DNA from: an uncultured Verrucomicrobiae bacterium
GTDB taxonomy: Bacteria > Verrucomicrobiota > Verrucomicrobiia > Chthoniobacterales > UBA10450
Reading direction: 5' to 3'
Length of the DNA: 64,000 bases
Assembly (NCBI GenBank): GCA_963772365.1
Contig: CAVYXA010000003.1
Location: 256,001-320,000, forward strand
Part shown: positions 47,980 to 58,736 of the stretch, in pieces
How positions within the stretch are numbered: the stretch's first letter is position 1
How the letters are laid out: each line of letters opens with the position of its first letter
Position numbers and translations under genes: made by a program
Notes under the pieces: model-generated
Database searches by the model: none
What the model saw: only the letters and a program-made list of their open reading frames with translations
Told to the model about the DNA's origin: nothing

Positions 47980-49917
47980 ATGAAAATCTTTGTTGTGACG
48001 TGCTGTTTGAGTCTCTGTCTGTTCTCGTTGCTGAACGTCTCGGTTGCGCAAAATCCAAGAGCGCCGAAGCATCTGCCGGAAACCTACGATAACCCGCCGG
48101 CCTATATCTATCGGCTGGAGACCGGGCCGCGAATGGTTTTGCCGTTTGGTGCATTCACGAGTTATCAGGCCAATGTTGATTCCAATGGCAACAACATCGT
48201 CGGCGATGCGGCCAACGAGTGCTCGATTACAACCGATTCGACTAATCCACTGAGGATGGCGATCGGGTGGCGGCAGTTCAACAATGTAACGTCAAATTTT
48301 CGGCAAGGCGGATGGGGTTACACGACTGACGGTGGCTTGACCTGGCATTTCCCCGGTGTTCTGGAAAACAATGTTTTTCGGAGCGATCCGGTGCTGACCT
48401 CGGACGAAACAGGTCAATTTTATTATCTCAGTTTGCTCGAGACGTTGTGCGATGACGTGTGGCGGTCGTTGAACGCTGGCCAATCCTGGACGCGGTTGCA
48501 ACCGATCGCGGGCGGAGCCGGCGGCGGCGACAAACAATGGTTTACCATCGACAAAACGAGCGGGCCGGGCCATGGCTTTCAATATCAGGCATGGGATACC
48601 GCGACATGCAGCGGCTCTCAGCAATTCAGTCGCTCCACTGACGGCGGCGTGACATGGACGACGCCGATTAATTTGCCGAATTCAATCCAGTACGGAACGC
48701 TCGATGTAGACACGAATGGCAATTTGTTCGTCGGCGGCGAGCGAGCGTCCGGCAGCGGTTTTTATTGTTTACGCTCGAGCAACGCGCAGAACGGCGGGGT
48801 TACGCCTAGTTTCGACCGAATCACTTCCGTCAATCTCGGAGGCCAGCTCGACGGTGGAGGAATAAATCCCGCAGGACTAACTGGTCAGTTGTTTCTGGCG
48901 GTAGATCACTCCGGCGGCCCGACAAATAACAACGTTTATATGCTGGCGAGCGTGCTTCCGACGGGAGCGAACTCCGGTACGGAAGTGATGTTCGCGCGAA
49001 GCACGGATGACGGTCAAACCTTTAGCGCACCGGTGCGGGTCAACGACGATTCGATGGTGGCGGGCCGATGGCATTGGTTCGGCACGTTTGCCGTGGCCCC
49101 TAACGGACGGCTTGACGCAGTCTGGTACGACACGAGGAACTCGGGGAACAACAGAGATTCGCAACTGTTTTATTCCTACAGTATCGATGCCGGTGCGACG
49201 TGGTCGCCCAATGTCGTAATCAGCGCCGCTTTTAATCCGCAGGAAGGTTATCCGAACCAGAGCAAGATCGGCGATTACATTACGATTGTTTCCGACAACA
49301 ACGGTGGCAACGTGGCCTACTCGGCAACATATAACTTCAATCCTGGGCGCAATCAGCACGAGGAAGATGTTTATTACGTTCACGTCCAGCCGCCGGACAC
49401 GATCCCGCAGAGCGCTGTTTCGCGGAAGACGCATGGCGGCGCGGGCACATTCGATGTCGATCTTCCATTAAGTGGCGCGCCCGGAATCGAATGTCGAACC
49501 GGTGGATCGACTAACGATTACATGATCATTGTGACATTCGGGAATCCCGTTATCGTTAACGGCAGTCCGCAGGCGCAAGTGACGTCGGGTGTGGGCTGCG
49601 TCGGCACGGGAGGCGTATGCGATGGCAATGTATCGATGAGCGGCAACACGGTTACGATCCCACTAACGAACGTGGCCAACGCGCAGACATTGAACGTCAC
49701 GCTCAACAGTGTGAATGGCGCAGTGAACGTCACGATCCCCATGAGCGTCCTTGTAGGAGATACGAACGCGAATGGGACTGTCAGCAGCTCCGATGTCGCC
49801 CAAACTAAGGGACGCATCGGCCAAGCAGTCGATGTGACGAACTTCCGCTCGGATGTGAATGCCAGCGGCGGGATCAACTCGGCCGATGTCTCGATCATTA
49901 AGCAGATGCTTCCTTAG
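47980..49917 (+). CDS. Secreted BNR/Asp-box (sialidase-like) beta-propeller with C-terminal X-module + dockerin-like domain; start ATG 47980
   Basis: Signal peptide; Asp-boxes TTDGGLTW, SLNAGQSW, STDGGVTW, STDDGQTF, SIDAGATW; DKQW; GDY. Confidence 0.85.
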   Translation: MKIFVVTCCLSLCLFSLLNVSVAQNPRAPKHLPETYDNPPAYIYRLETGPRMVLPFGAFTSYQANVDSNGNNIVGDAANECSITTDSTNPLRMAIGWRQFNNVTSNFRQGGWGYTTDGGLTWHFPGVLENNVFRSDPVLTSDETGQFYYLSLLETLCDDVWRSLNAGQSWTRLQPIAGGAGGGDKQWFTIDKTSGPGHGFQYQAWDTATCSGSQQFSRSTDGGVTWTTPINLPNSIQYGTLDVDTNGNLFVGGERASGSGFYCLRSSNAQNGGVTPSFDRITSVNLGGQLDGGGINPAGLTGQLFLAVDHSGGPTNNNVYMLASVLPTGANSGTEVMFARSTDDGQTFSAPVRVNDDSMVAGRWHWFGTFAVAPNGRLDAVWYDTRNSGNNRDSQLFYSYSIDAGATWSPNVVISAAFNPQEGYPNQSKIGDYITIVSDNNGGNVAYSATYNFNPGRNQHEEDVYYVHVQPPDTIPQSAVSRKTHGGAGTFDVDLPLSGAPGIECRTGGSTNDYMIIVTFGNPVIVNGSPQAQVTSGVGCVGTGGVCDGNVSMSGNTVTIPLTNVANAQTLNVTLNSVNGAVNVTIPMSVLVGDTNANGTVSSSDVAQTKGRIGQAVDVTNFRSDVNASGGINSADVSIIKQMLP

Positions 49918-49926
49918 AAGCCCCGG

Positions 49927-52728
49927 ATGCATACGACTTTCAATCGGTGCACGTCAGTCGCAGTTGGCCTATGTTTCGGCGCTTTCGGCCTAACGATCTT
50001 CGGGCTTGCTGCAAGTTCGCCAAGGGGAGGGAACCTGAAACTCCGCACCGCCCCTGCGACTAGCTCGTCGGGGCAACTCCAGCGCGGTATTTATCGGGGC
50101 ATGCCGGTGTCGTACTTTATCCAAAACGGCAAAGCGATTTTCCAAGGCGATATTCTGCTGGAAAAAATCGAGCCGATTCTTACCGAAACGAAGCAATCGC
50201 CCGAACCGACCTCATTCGGCATTGCTTATGGCCAATATCTTTGGCCGAGAGTTGGAAACCAGTATCAGATTCCTTATGTGATTGTGGCGGGAAGTGGAAA
50301 TGAGAGCAATCTCAACGCCGCCATCGCGCAGTTTAACAGCACGTTCACTGATCTTCAGTTCGTGCCGCGCACGACCGAGCCGGATTACGTCGCAATTTAT
50401 TTCGACCCTAACGATAACAGCGGACAATGCGAATCATCCATCGGACGCGTAGGCGGCCAGCAGCAAATGGGTGGTGCTGGCGGTTCATTTCAACCCTGCA
50501 CCGTCGCGACCGTTTTGCACGAGATGGGGCATGTTGTCGGTCTCTGGCACGAGCAATCCCGCCCGGATCGCGACACGTTTGAAACGATTCATTATGAAAA
50601 CATCATCAAAGCTTCGCGCTCCAACTTCGATCCGATTTACGATAACCAGCAGCGGAGCACGCTGTTCGATTACGCGTCGATCATGCATTACCCGCCGTTT
50701 TCCTTTTCCCGCAATGGCGGGCCCGCGATTGAATCAATTCCGGCCAGCATTCCCTTGTCGAACCAGATCGGATACAGCGCCGCCGACATCGATGGCATTA
50801 AGCGACTTTATCGACTCGCGCCAACGGCCATAACGGTCACAAGCAACCCGCCCGGTCTGCAAGTCATTGTCGATGGTACCACCATCACCACGCCGCAGGT
50901 CTTCAATTGGGCGCTCAATTCGACGCACACGCTCGACGTTCCACCAGTCGTGCAAAGCCAGCCCGGCAACATCGTCGGCACGAATCAGCCGACGACCTTC
51001 TATTATTTCTATGGACGCTGGAACGATGCTGCTGCCGCGTCGCACAGCATCACAATTACTCCGGGAAACGGTGATCCTGCCACTCCTGCCACATCTCCTG
51101 CAGTAACGATCTACTCAGCCAGTTTCATCCAGCTTGTGCCCTATTCCGTCAGTATCTCGCCAGTGGACGCGGGAACGGTCACTCCTTCACCGGCGCCGCA
51201 AAACTATCCTGGCTCTGCACTTCTCTTTTACACGGCGCGTCAGCAAGTCACTCTGACCGCCACTCCAAATGCGGGACAAAGCTTCTATGAGTTTATCAAC
51301 GCGCCGTTCTGGTTGCCCGGCGGGTTGGGCGCGAACCCGAAAACGTTTTACGTGCCGGACACTGGTCTCACTGTTGATACAACGGCCTATTTCTCTCCGA
51401 ATCCTGTTTACACGATCACAGTCGCACCCAATGCCTTTAGCTCGAATCTCTGGGTTTATGCCGATGGTAATTTTTGGTATGCGCCCAAAAACTTTTCCGC
51501 CTTTTACGATTCAGGCTGGACCCCCGGCAGTATGCACACTCTCGCTGTCGATGATCCGGAATATCCGTACAGCTTCGCGACCCGGTTTGCTTTCAACCAG
51601 TGGAACGATGGCACACCCACGGCGACGAGAAGTGTGATACTTCCGGCGAGTGCCATCACCTATACGGCCAACCTCACGCCGCAATTCTATGTGACCGATT
51701 ACGTCAACCAATCATGCGCCGGCTCTATCACCGTGACGCCGCCTTCTCCCACCGGCGACGGTTTTTATCCTAACGGGCAGCTCCTCACCTTTATGGAAAT
51801 GCCAAACTCCGGCTGGACGTTCAGCGGCTGGCAATATGATTTGAGCGGCACCTCCAGCTCGCAACCGCTCACCGTGTCCGACGAAGTTCTCGTTGCTGCC
51901 GATTACAATACGATTGCGACGCCACTGACGCTGACAAATCTCAATCCATCCAGAGCGGTCGCTGGTGGAGGAAATTTCATGCTTACGCTCAATGGCACCG
52001 GATTCACTGTTAACTCTGTTGTTTCCGTTAACGGAACTTTTCCTCCCGTGACATTTATCAACTCCACGCAACTGACTGTGCCGGTCAGCGCAGCCCAGAT
52101 CGCAACGCCCGGAGCTTTCCAGGTCTGGGTCGAAAATTTCCCCAACGGTGCTCCGTGTGCCGCCTTCGTTGCGCTGCCGTTTACAGTTGCGAATCCGCCA
52201 GCACCACCCACGCCGACATCTGTTGTCTCGCGCAAGACGCATGGGGCCGCCGGCACATTCGATGTCGATCTTCCTTTGACGGGAACGCCAGGACTCGAAT
52301 GCCGCACTGGTGGATCGACAAGCGATTACCAGATCGTCGCCACTTTTCCGGTCCCCGTCACAATTGATGGAAACCCGCAGGCGCAGGTCACTTCCGGGAC
52401 GGCCACGATCGGCAGCGGCGGAGTTGCCAATGGCGGCGTCGTTTCCATCACCGGGAACACGGTCACAATTCCCCTAACTAGTGTTGCCAACGCGCAAGCA
52501 CTCAGCATCCGTCTAAATGGTGTGGACGGCGCGGGGAACATCACGATTCCAATGAATCTGTTAATCGGCGACACCAACGGCAATGGAGCGGTCAGCAGTT
52601 CCGATGTGGCTCAGACCAAAGCCCGAATCGGTCAGGCAATCGGTATGACGAACTTTCGTTCGGACGTAAATGCCAGCGGTGGCATCAACTCGACCGATGT
52701 CACAATCATCAAGCAACACCTGCCCTAG
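49927..52728 (+). CDS. Secreted M12A (astacin) metalloprotease with beta-repeat and IPT/TIG-like domains and C-terminal X-module + dockerin-like domain
   Basis: FQGDI pro-motif, HEMGHVVGLWHEQSRPDRD, SIMHY Met-turn, LTLNGTGF...INSTQLTV. Confidence 0.92.
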   Translation: MHTTFNRCTSVAVGLCFGAFGLTIFGLAASSPRGGNLKLRTAPATSSSGQLQRGIYRGMPVSYFIQNGKAIFQGDILLEKIEPILTETKQSPEPTSFGIAYGQYLWPRVGNQYQIPYVIVAGSGNESNLNAAIAQFNSTFTDLQFVPRTTEPDYVAIYFDPNDNSGQCESSIGRVGGQQQMGGAGGSFQPCTVATVLHEMGHVVGLWHEQSRPDRDTFETIHYENIIKASRSNFDPIYDNQQRSTLFDYASIMHYPPFSFSRNGGPAIESIPASIPLSNQIGYSAADIDGIKRLYRLAPTAITVTSNPPGLQVIVDGTTITTPQVFNWALNSTHTLDVPPVVQSQPGNIVGTNQPTTFYYFYGRWNDAAAASHSITITPGNGDPATPATSPAVTIYSASFIQLVPYSVSISPVDAGTVTPSPAPQNYPGSALLFYTARQQVTLTATPNAGQSFYEFINAPFWLPGGLGANPKTFYVPDTGLTVDTTAYFSPNPVYTITVAPNAFSSNLWVYADGNFWYAPKNFSAFYDSGWTPGSMHTLAVDDPEYPYSFATRFAFNQWNDGTPTATRSVILPASAITYTANLTPQFYVTDYVNQSCAGSITVTPPSPTGDGFYPNGQLLTFMEMPNSGWTFSGWQYDLSGTSSSQPLTVSDEVLVAADYNTIATPLTLTNLNPSRAVAGGGNFMLTLNGTGFTVNSVVSVNGTFPPVTFINSTQLTVPVSAAQIATPGAFQVWVENFPNGAPCAAFVALPFTVANPPAPPTPTSVVSRKTHGAAGTFDVDLPLTGTPGLECRTGGSTSDYQIVATFPVPVTIDGNPQAQVTSGTATIGSGGVANGGVVSITGNTVTIPLTSVANAQALSIRLNGVDGAGNITIPMNLLIGDTNGNGAVSSSDVAQTKARIGQAIGMTNFRSDVNASGGINSTDVTIIKQHLP

Positions 52729-52742
52729 TTTGGCGAGCTGGC

Positions 52743-54140
52743 ATGTTCTTCGTCGACTTTAGAGCTCCTATCAGATCGGCGACGCGATTTTTCTGTCCCA
52801 GCGTTGCCGCGCTGTTCGTAACAGCCGCGTCTGCATTTGCAGTCATTCTTTACGGAACGGGCGATCCCGGCGCCAACACAAGCGCTCCCACAGGCGATCT
52901 AGCCGGCAGCGGGTGGCAGTATGAAGGACAGTTCGGCAATTTTCTTGGAACAGTCATTGCCTCAAACTATTTTGTTACGGCGAAACACATCGGCGGCAAT
53001 GTCGGCAACGCTTTCACTTTTAATCAGATTAATTATATTACCACCGCCGCGTTTCCCGATCCATCGAGCGATCTCCAAGTTTGGCGAATAGCCGGAAGCA
53101 TTCCCGTTCACGCTCCGTTGTACAGCAATGTTGGTGGAAGTGAGTCGGGTCTTGAGCTGGTCGTTTTCGGACGCGGGACTCAGCGCGGGGATGCTGTTTT
53201 AGTGGGTAACGACATGCACTTGGGAGGTTGGGGGTGGGGAGTTTCAGACACGGTCCAGCGTTGGGGCACAAATCAAGTAGGTGCAGTCGTGAATGATCCA
53301 GACTACGGCCAGTTGCTGTATGCACCTTTCGATGCTGGTGTCGGACGCAACGAATCGCATCTTTCCGTAGGCGACTCGGGCGGTGCCGTCTTCGTATTCA
53401 ATCCGACGAGCAGCCTATGGGAACTTGCCGGAATCAATTTATCCGTGGATGGCCCGTTCAGCAGATCTCCCACGGGAGCGAATTCGTTTAATGCCGCGCT
53501 CTTCGACACCAACGATCTTTTTGTGCAAGCCGAAGGCGGGAGTTGGATTCCCGCCCCAAACCCGAGCGGATTTTATGCGACAGAGGTTGCTGCTCACAAA
53601 GGTTTTGTCGAATCGGTGATAATGCAATTGCTAAGCACCGTGTCGCGCAAAGTCCATGGCAGCGCTGGAACGTTCGATGTCGACCTGCCTCAAAGTGGTC
53701 GGCCTGGCGTCGAGTGCCGGGGTGCTGCTTCGGCGAACGATTATACGATCGTGTTCGTTTTCATGAATAACGTTTCTGTTCAATCGGCCAGCGTGACGAC
53801 GGGCATCGGCAGCGTAAGTAGTTTTAGTGTTGTCGGAAATCGGGTCACTGTAAATCTTACCGGCGTAACAAGCGCGCAAAGGGTCGTGGTAACACTCGCA
53901 AACGTAAGCGACGGAACAAACACAAGTGACGTTCAAGCCACCATGGATGTGCTCATCGGCGATACGAACGGAGACGGAAACGTGAATGCGTCCGATCTCG
54001 CGCAAACCAAATCGCGAATCGGACAATCACTCGACGCTATGAACTTCCGTTCGGACGTAAATGCCAATGGCGTCGTCAATGCCACAGATGCGGCCATCAT
54101 TGAATCAAATATCGGCACAGGGCCTCGCTCAACCCGATAG
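52743..54140 (+). CDS. Secreted trypsin-like (S1) serine protease with C-terminal X-module + dockerin-like domain
   Basis: Catalytic triad motifs TAKH, SDL, GDSGG. Confidence 0.85.
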   Translation: MFFVDFRAPIRSATRFFCPSVAALFVTAASAFAVILYGTGDPGANTSAPTGDLAGSGWQYEGQFGNFLGTVIASNYFVTAKHIGGNVGNAFTFNQINYITTAAFPDPSSDLQVWRIAGSIPVHAPLYSNVGGSESGLELVVFGRGTQRGDAVLVGNDMHLGGWGWGVSDTVQRWGTNQVGAVVNDPDYGQLLYAPFDAGVGRNESHLSVGDSGGAVFVFNPTSSLWELAGINLSVDGPFSRSPTGANSFNAALFDTNDLFVQAEGGSWIPAPNPSGFYATEVAAHKGFVESVIMQLLSTVSRKVHGSAGTFDVDLPQSGRPGVECRGAASANDYTIVFVFMNNVSVQSASVTTGIGSVSSFSVVGNRVTVNLTGVTSAQRVVVTLANVSDGTNTSDVQATMDVLIGDTNGDGNVNASDLAQTKSRIGQSLDAMNFRSDVNANGVVNATDAAIIESNIGTGPRSTR

Positions 54141-54150
54141 TTCCGAGTCG

Positions 54151-55359
54151 TCAACGCACGTGTTCGGGGCGCGGACCCAGCCCGATGAAACGGGCGGGAA
54201 TCTGGCGCAGGAGAGGAAAATTGTTCAGGAGACGCGGCAGAATCGGTAATGATTCCTTATCCGATGTTTGCCGGCCGGTGACGACACGACGGTGAATGAA
54301 TGCCTGGACGTATTGAATGACGGCTGCCGGCCATTCGCGCCGCCGTTGGACTTCGCTAAGATCGACAGTCGATACCGGCCCTCGCCGCAGTTTCTCGGCT
54401 AACAAATTCGCAGTGGCCACTGCATCCTGAATGGCCAGATTGATCCCAACGCCGCCCGCCGGCGACATCGCATGCGCAGCGTCCCCGATGCAAAGCAATC
54501 CGTCGCGATACCATTTGCGCAAACGATTGATCTCGACGGTGAGCAGTTTGATCTTTGACCAATCGTCGAGTTCAGCCACTCGGTCGTGTAAGAAACCGGC
54601 CATCTCGACGATGTCGTCCTGAAACTGAGAAAGACCGCGCTGTTTGATCGGTTCAAAGCCGCCTTTGGGAATCACATAGCCGCACTGCCAGTAATCGCCC
54701 CGATCCAGCAGGACGAGTAACTTGCCGTGCCGAAAGAATCCAAGCGTTTGCCCTGGGTCCTCTCCGCACTTGGAAATTCGAGTCCAAAGCACATCAATCG
54801 GCACGCCGAAGTCGCGAACTTCAAATTCCGCGCGATCGCGTGTGGTAGCGCTGCGACCATCGGCGCCGATGACCAAGTCCGCGCGCACTTCCACTTCTCC
54901 GTTTGGCGTTTTGGCACGAACACCAGTCACCCGATCGGCTTCAAATAAAAGATCGACAACTTCTTGTTCCATCTGCAGTTCGAAATTTGGAAAACGCCTG
55001 GCACGCGTCGCGATGAAATTCAGAAAATCCCATTGCGGCATGAAGGCGATGAATTTGCAGTGGGTCGGCAGGCGCGAGAAATCCGCAATGGCCACTCTGT
55101 GGCCATTCACGACGCCGCCGAGCTCAGAGACCTTTTGATGTGGTCGCTGGAGAAATTCCTCGAGCAGGCCGAGTTCATACATCAACTCGAGAGTGGACGG
55201 ATGAATCGTATCGCCTCGAAAGTCACGCAGGAAATCACCATGCTTTTCCAAGACGCGAACTTGCACGCCGGCCCGCGCCAGGAGGAAACCGAGCATCATC
55301 CCAGCCGGTCCGCCGCCAACGACGACACAACGCGCTTTAGAGGTTTCCGGCCAATTCAT
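54151..55359 (-). CDS. FAD-dependent oxidoreductase (FAD_binding_3 monooxygenase family)
   Basis: GGGPAG, DFRGDTIHP, GADGR, IGDAAHAMSPAGGVGINLAIQD. Confidence 0.92.
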   Translation of the reverse strand: MNWPETSKARCVVVGGGPAGMMLGFLLARAGVQVRVLEKHGDFLRDFRGDTIHPSTLELMYELGLLEEFLQRPHQKVSELGGVVNGHRVAIADFSRLPTHCKFIAFMPQWDFLNFIATRARRFPNFELQMEQEVVDLLFEADRVTGVRAKTPNGEVEVRADLVIGADGRSATTRDRAEFEVRDFGVPIDVLWTRISKCGEDPGQTLGFFRHGKLLVLLDRGDYWQCGYVIPKGGFEPIKQRGLSQFQDDIVEMAGFLHDRVAELDDWSKIKLLTVEINRLRKWYRDGLLCIGDAAHAMSPAGGVGINLAIQDAVATANLLAEKLRRGPVSTVDLSEVQRRREWPAAVIQYVQAFIHRRVVTGRQTSDKESLPILPRLLNNFPLLRQIPARFIGLGPRPEHVR

Positions 55360-55462
55360 TATCCATCAAAATCGCAAGGCTGCGGTGCGCGGTCCTCAAA
55401 AAAAATCCTTGTCATCAAGTTAAGGTGCGCGTCATAAGCGTGGCAAACAGTTTGTCGCTAAT

Positions 55463-58400
55463 ATGGCGAACGAAACTTCATCGACTGAATCTTCGCTCTC
55501 ACTGCACGACGTGCTGGAAGCGGAATTCGTTTCTTTGCATGGCGACCTGCCGCCTGACTATCCGAGCGCCTCGAATCCAGAAAAGCGATTGGAAGCTCTT
55601 TGTACCGCGGTTCACGCGCTGAAAGAAAAGCACGCCGAGCGAACGGCGCTCTGCATATCAGGCGGCGGCATTCGCAGCGCCACGTTCGGCCTCGGCGTTT
55701 TGCAGGGGCTGGCGCGCTGCGGACTGCTCGATAAATTTCATTATCTTTCCACGGTTTCCGGAGGCGGATATATCGGCAGTTGGTTGAGCGCGTGGATCAA
55801 GCACCACACCGGTGGGATTAGCGGAGTGGCAGCGGAACTGAAACGCCGGCCCGAGTCGATCTTTGAACCGGAGCCGCCGCCTATCCGGCATCTTCGACAA
55901 TTCAGCAATTATCTATCGCCACGAGCGAGCCTGACCTCGATGGATTTCTGGACATTGGTCGCCACGTTCATTCGAAACATGTTCTTAAATTGGCTGGTGC
56001 TGATATCGCTGCTGGCTGCGGTGATGATGATCCCGAGACTTTATCTCGCCGCGATGCTGGTGTCGCCTGATTGGAGCGCCGCCACCGATCAGGCGACCCT
56101 CGTTCAAATCATCGACTGGTGGAATTTGCCGCTCAACACAATGCTGGCAGTGGGACTTGTCCTCGTCGCTATCTCGATGGCGTATGCGATTGTTGATGTT
56201 CCTTCCACCGGCAATATGCGTTTGCCGCAGCGCCGGTTTCTGATCTTCCGTCAGCTCCCATTAATATTGGCGGCTCTGATCCTGGCTGAATGGTGGGCGG
56301 TATTTCGCACCGTTCACGGCAGCGATTTGTTTCTGGCAAGGGACTGGCTACCGAGATTTATTGTCTTCTTTCTAGCCTGCTATTTGGCTGGTGGCGTTCT
56401 CGCGCTAGTGGTTCTTTCGTTTCGTCAACGCGAGAAGAAACCGTTGGTTCGTCGCTTGATCAATTCTGTCTGGCGGCTCGGGATGATCGTGATCGCGGCG
56501 GCTATTGCCGGTATTTGCCTGTGGGCAATCGCGATCGGGATGTTCCTGGCCAGTCCGATTCCATTCACATTGAATCGCCCTTGTGAGGCAACGCAGATTC
56601 CGTGGAACAAACAAAAGTTGGTGCTCCCGCAAGGAACCTCCGGGCTCATTACTCGAATTGATCCCAGCTACATCATCCAAGCCGGTGAACAGCGAGGCCG
56701 CATCAGCGCGACCGACCTGGGGCCTTTGCATCTGAAGCCGGGCCAAACGCTTCCGGTTCAAGTCAAACTGAAAAAGGATTTCGAAGCGGTGCCCGAACCC
56801 TGGCGCAAAGAAAGAATGAAACTTGCCGCCGGCACTCAAATTCTCGTTAGGGAACTGGATCGAAAAGTTACAATCGAAACGGCACAAGGGCGCGGTTGGA
56901 TCGGCGAAGATCAAATCGGCGCGTTAGACCTGCCACCGAATCGAAAACTTTCCGACCAGTTCCCCACGCCTGCCCCAGCAAATAATGCTTTGGCCTACGT
57001 CTGTCTTGCCCCGGCGTTGCTGCTGGCCGTGCTGCTGTTGGTTAATTTTTTATTTACCGGACTCGCCAGTTGGGTGACGCAGGATGAGGATCGAGAATGG
57101 TGGGGGCGATCGGCCGCTTGGATTCTCGTGACCGTGTTTGCCTGGATCGTTCTGAACACGATTGTTCTCTGGGGTGCACAGGCGATTTCCGCGACGCCAA
57201 ATCAGCTCGATGTTTTCTTCGGTGAAATCAAAGCGACGCAGCAGGCAAAGGGTCTCCTGGGAGCTTTTGGCGGAGTAACGGGGCTTGCCAGTGCGCTGCT
57301 GGCTTTTCGATCGAAGCTAAGCCGGTGGCTGGGGGAGAAAGCGGCCTTTCATTGGCTTCTAATTATCGTAGCGGCTCTTTTTCTCGTGCTCCTCTCAATC
57401 ATCATTTCATGGCTCCTTGTTCTGCTGGGAGCTCAGGCTTGGGCACAACGCACGACCAATTGGATTCTAGGCAAGCAAGCGGAACTGTTCGATCCTAATT
57501 CCTGGCAGGTTCAACTCTTCGTTATCGTATTTCTCACGGGCGCGATGCTGGTGGTCGGGATCGCGATGGGTTTCTTTATCAATGCCAACAAGTTTTCCCT
57601 TCATGCTACATATCGAAACCGATTAATCCGCGCCTACCTTGCAGCTTCCCGCGACCAACGAAGCCCCAACCCGTTTACCGGTTTCGATCGAGAAGACAAT
57701 TTCCCGCTGTGCGAGCTGCGGCCGGAAAAGCCGCTGCATATCATCAACGGCGCCCTGAATTTGGTAAAAGGCGAACAACTAGCCTGGCAGGAGCGAAAGG
57801 CCGAATCGTTTACAATGAGCCGGCTACACTGCGGCTCATGGCACATTGGCTATCGGTCATCGAGCAAATACGGTGACGAGATTTCGTTGGGCACAGCTAT
57901 GGCAATCTCCGGAGCCGCCGCCAATCCCAACATGGGTTATCACTCCTCGCCAGTGGTCGGTTTTTTGATGACCCTGCTAAACCTGCGCCTCGGTTGGTGG
58001 CTTGGTAATCCAGGCCCGGCGGGCAGAAAAACCTGGACCTACAAAGGTCCCGGCTATTCTGTCGGGCCGCTGTTTTCCGAATCCATTGGCGACACAACCG
58101 ATCACTACAAGTACGTGAATCTTTCTGATGGCGGCCACTTCGATAATCTCGGGCTTTACGAGATGGTCTTGCGCCGCTGCCATTTCATTGTGGTGAGCGA
58201 CGCCGGGGAGGATCTGGAATGTTCGTTTGTCGATCTTGGTGAAGTCGTCCGCAAGATTCGGATCGACCTTGGTATCCCGATTGAGTTTGGCGAACCGCGG
58301 ATGACCATTTACCCGCGGAGCGCTCAGGACATCCCAAATCCCCCCGGAGGCCACAACTGCGCCATCGGCCGCATTCGTTATTCCGCGATGGACGGCGACA

Positions 58401-58693
58401 ACGCGCCAGACGGCGTGATTATTTACGTCAAACCTGCTTGTTATGGGGACGAACCACGCGACATCTACGAATACTTCAAAACAAATCCAACTTTTCCCCA
58501 CGAAACCACCGCCGACCAATTTTTCTCTGAGTCGCAGTTCGAAAGCTATCGGATGCTCGGCGCCTACACGATGGGGAAGCTGTGTGCCGAGTGCGGCGGC
58601 GATTTCGGTGTTTTCATTCGTTCTATTCTCAAACAGCACCTGAACATCGAACCGCCGCAATGGCTCGCACCATTAATTCAGGAAGCCTCCTGA
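55463..58693 (+). CDS. Patatin/cPLA2-like phospholipase with a large polytopic membrane insert
   Basis: SGGGIRSA oxyanion motif, STVSGG nucleophile, DGGHFDNLG; many TM segments between the catalytic halves. Confidence 0.88.
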   Translation: MANETSSTESSLSLHDVLEAEFVSLHGDLPPDYPSASNPEKRLEALCTAVHALKEKHAERTALCISGGGIRSATFGLGVLQGLARCGLLDKFHYLSTVSGGGYIGSWLSAWIKHHTGGISGVAAELKRRPESIFEPEPPPIRHLRQFSNYLSPRASLTSMDFWTLVATFIRNMFLNWLVLISLLAAVMMIPRLYLAAMLVSPDWSAATDQATLVQIIDWWNLPLNTMLAVGLVLVAISMAYAIVDVPSTGNMRLPQRRFLIFRQLPLILAALILAEWWAVFRTVHGSDLFLARDWLPRFIVFFLACYLAGGVLALVVLSFRQREKKPLVRRLINSVWRLGMIVIAAAIAGICLWAIAIGMFLASPIPFTLNRPCEATQIPWNKQKLVLPQGTSGLITRIDPSYIIQAGEQRGRISATDLGPLHLKPGQTLPVQVKLKKDFEAVPEPWRKERMKLAAGTQILVRELDRKVTIETAQGRGWIGEDQIGALDLPPNRKLSDQFPTPAPANNALAYVCLAPALLLAVLLLVNFLFTGLASWVTQDEDREWWGRSAAWILVTVFAWIVLNTIVLWGAQAISATPNQLDVFFGEIKATQQAKGLLGAFGGVTGLASALLAFRSKLSRWLGEKAAFHWLLIIVAALFLVLLSIIISWLLVLLGAQAWAQRTTNWILGKQAELFDPNSWQVQLFVIVFLTGAMLVVGIAMGFFINANKFSLHATYRNRLIRAYLAASRDQRSPNPFTGFDREDNFPLCELRPEKPLHIINGALNLVKGEQLAWQERKAESFTMSRLHCGSWHIGYRSSSKYGDEISLGTAMAISGAAANPNMGYHSSPVVGFLMTLLNLRLGWWLGNPGPAGRKTWTYKGPGYSVGPLFSESIGDTTDHYKYVNLSDGGHFDNLGLYEMVLRRCHFIVVSDAGEDLECSFVDLGEVVRKIRIDLGIPIEFGEPRMTIYPRSAQDIPNPPGGHNCAIGRIRYSAMDGDNAPDGVIIYVKPACYGDEPRDIYEYFKTNPTFPHETTADQFFSESQFESYRMLGAYTMGKLCAECGGDFGVFIRSILKQHLNIEPPQWLAPLIQEAS

Positions 58694-58736
58694 GATCGGT
58701 TCAAAATTCCTTGCCAGAGCGTTCGCTGGCGCACTT

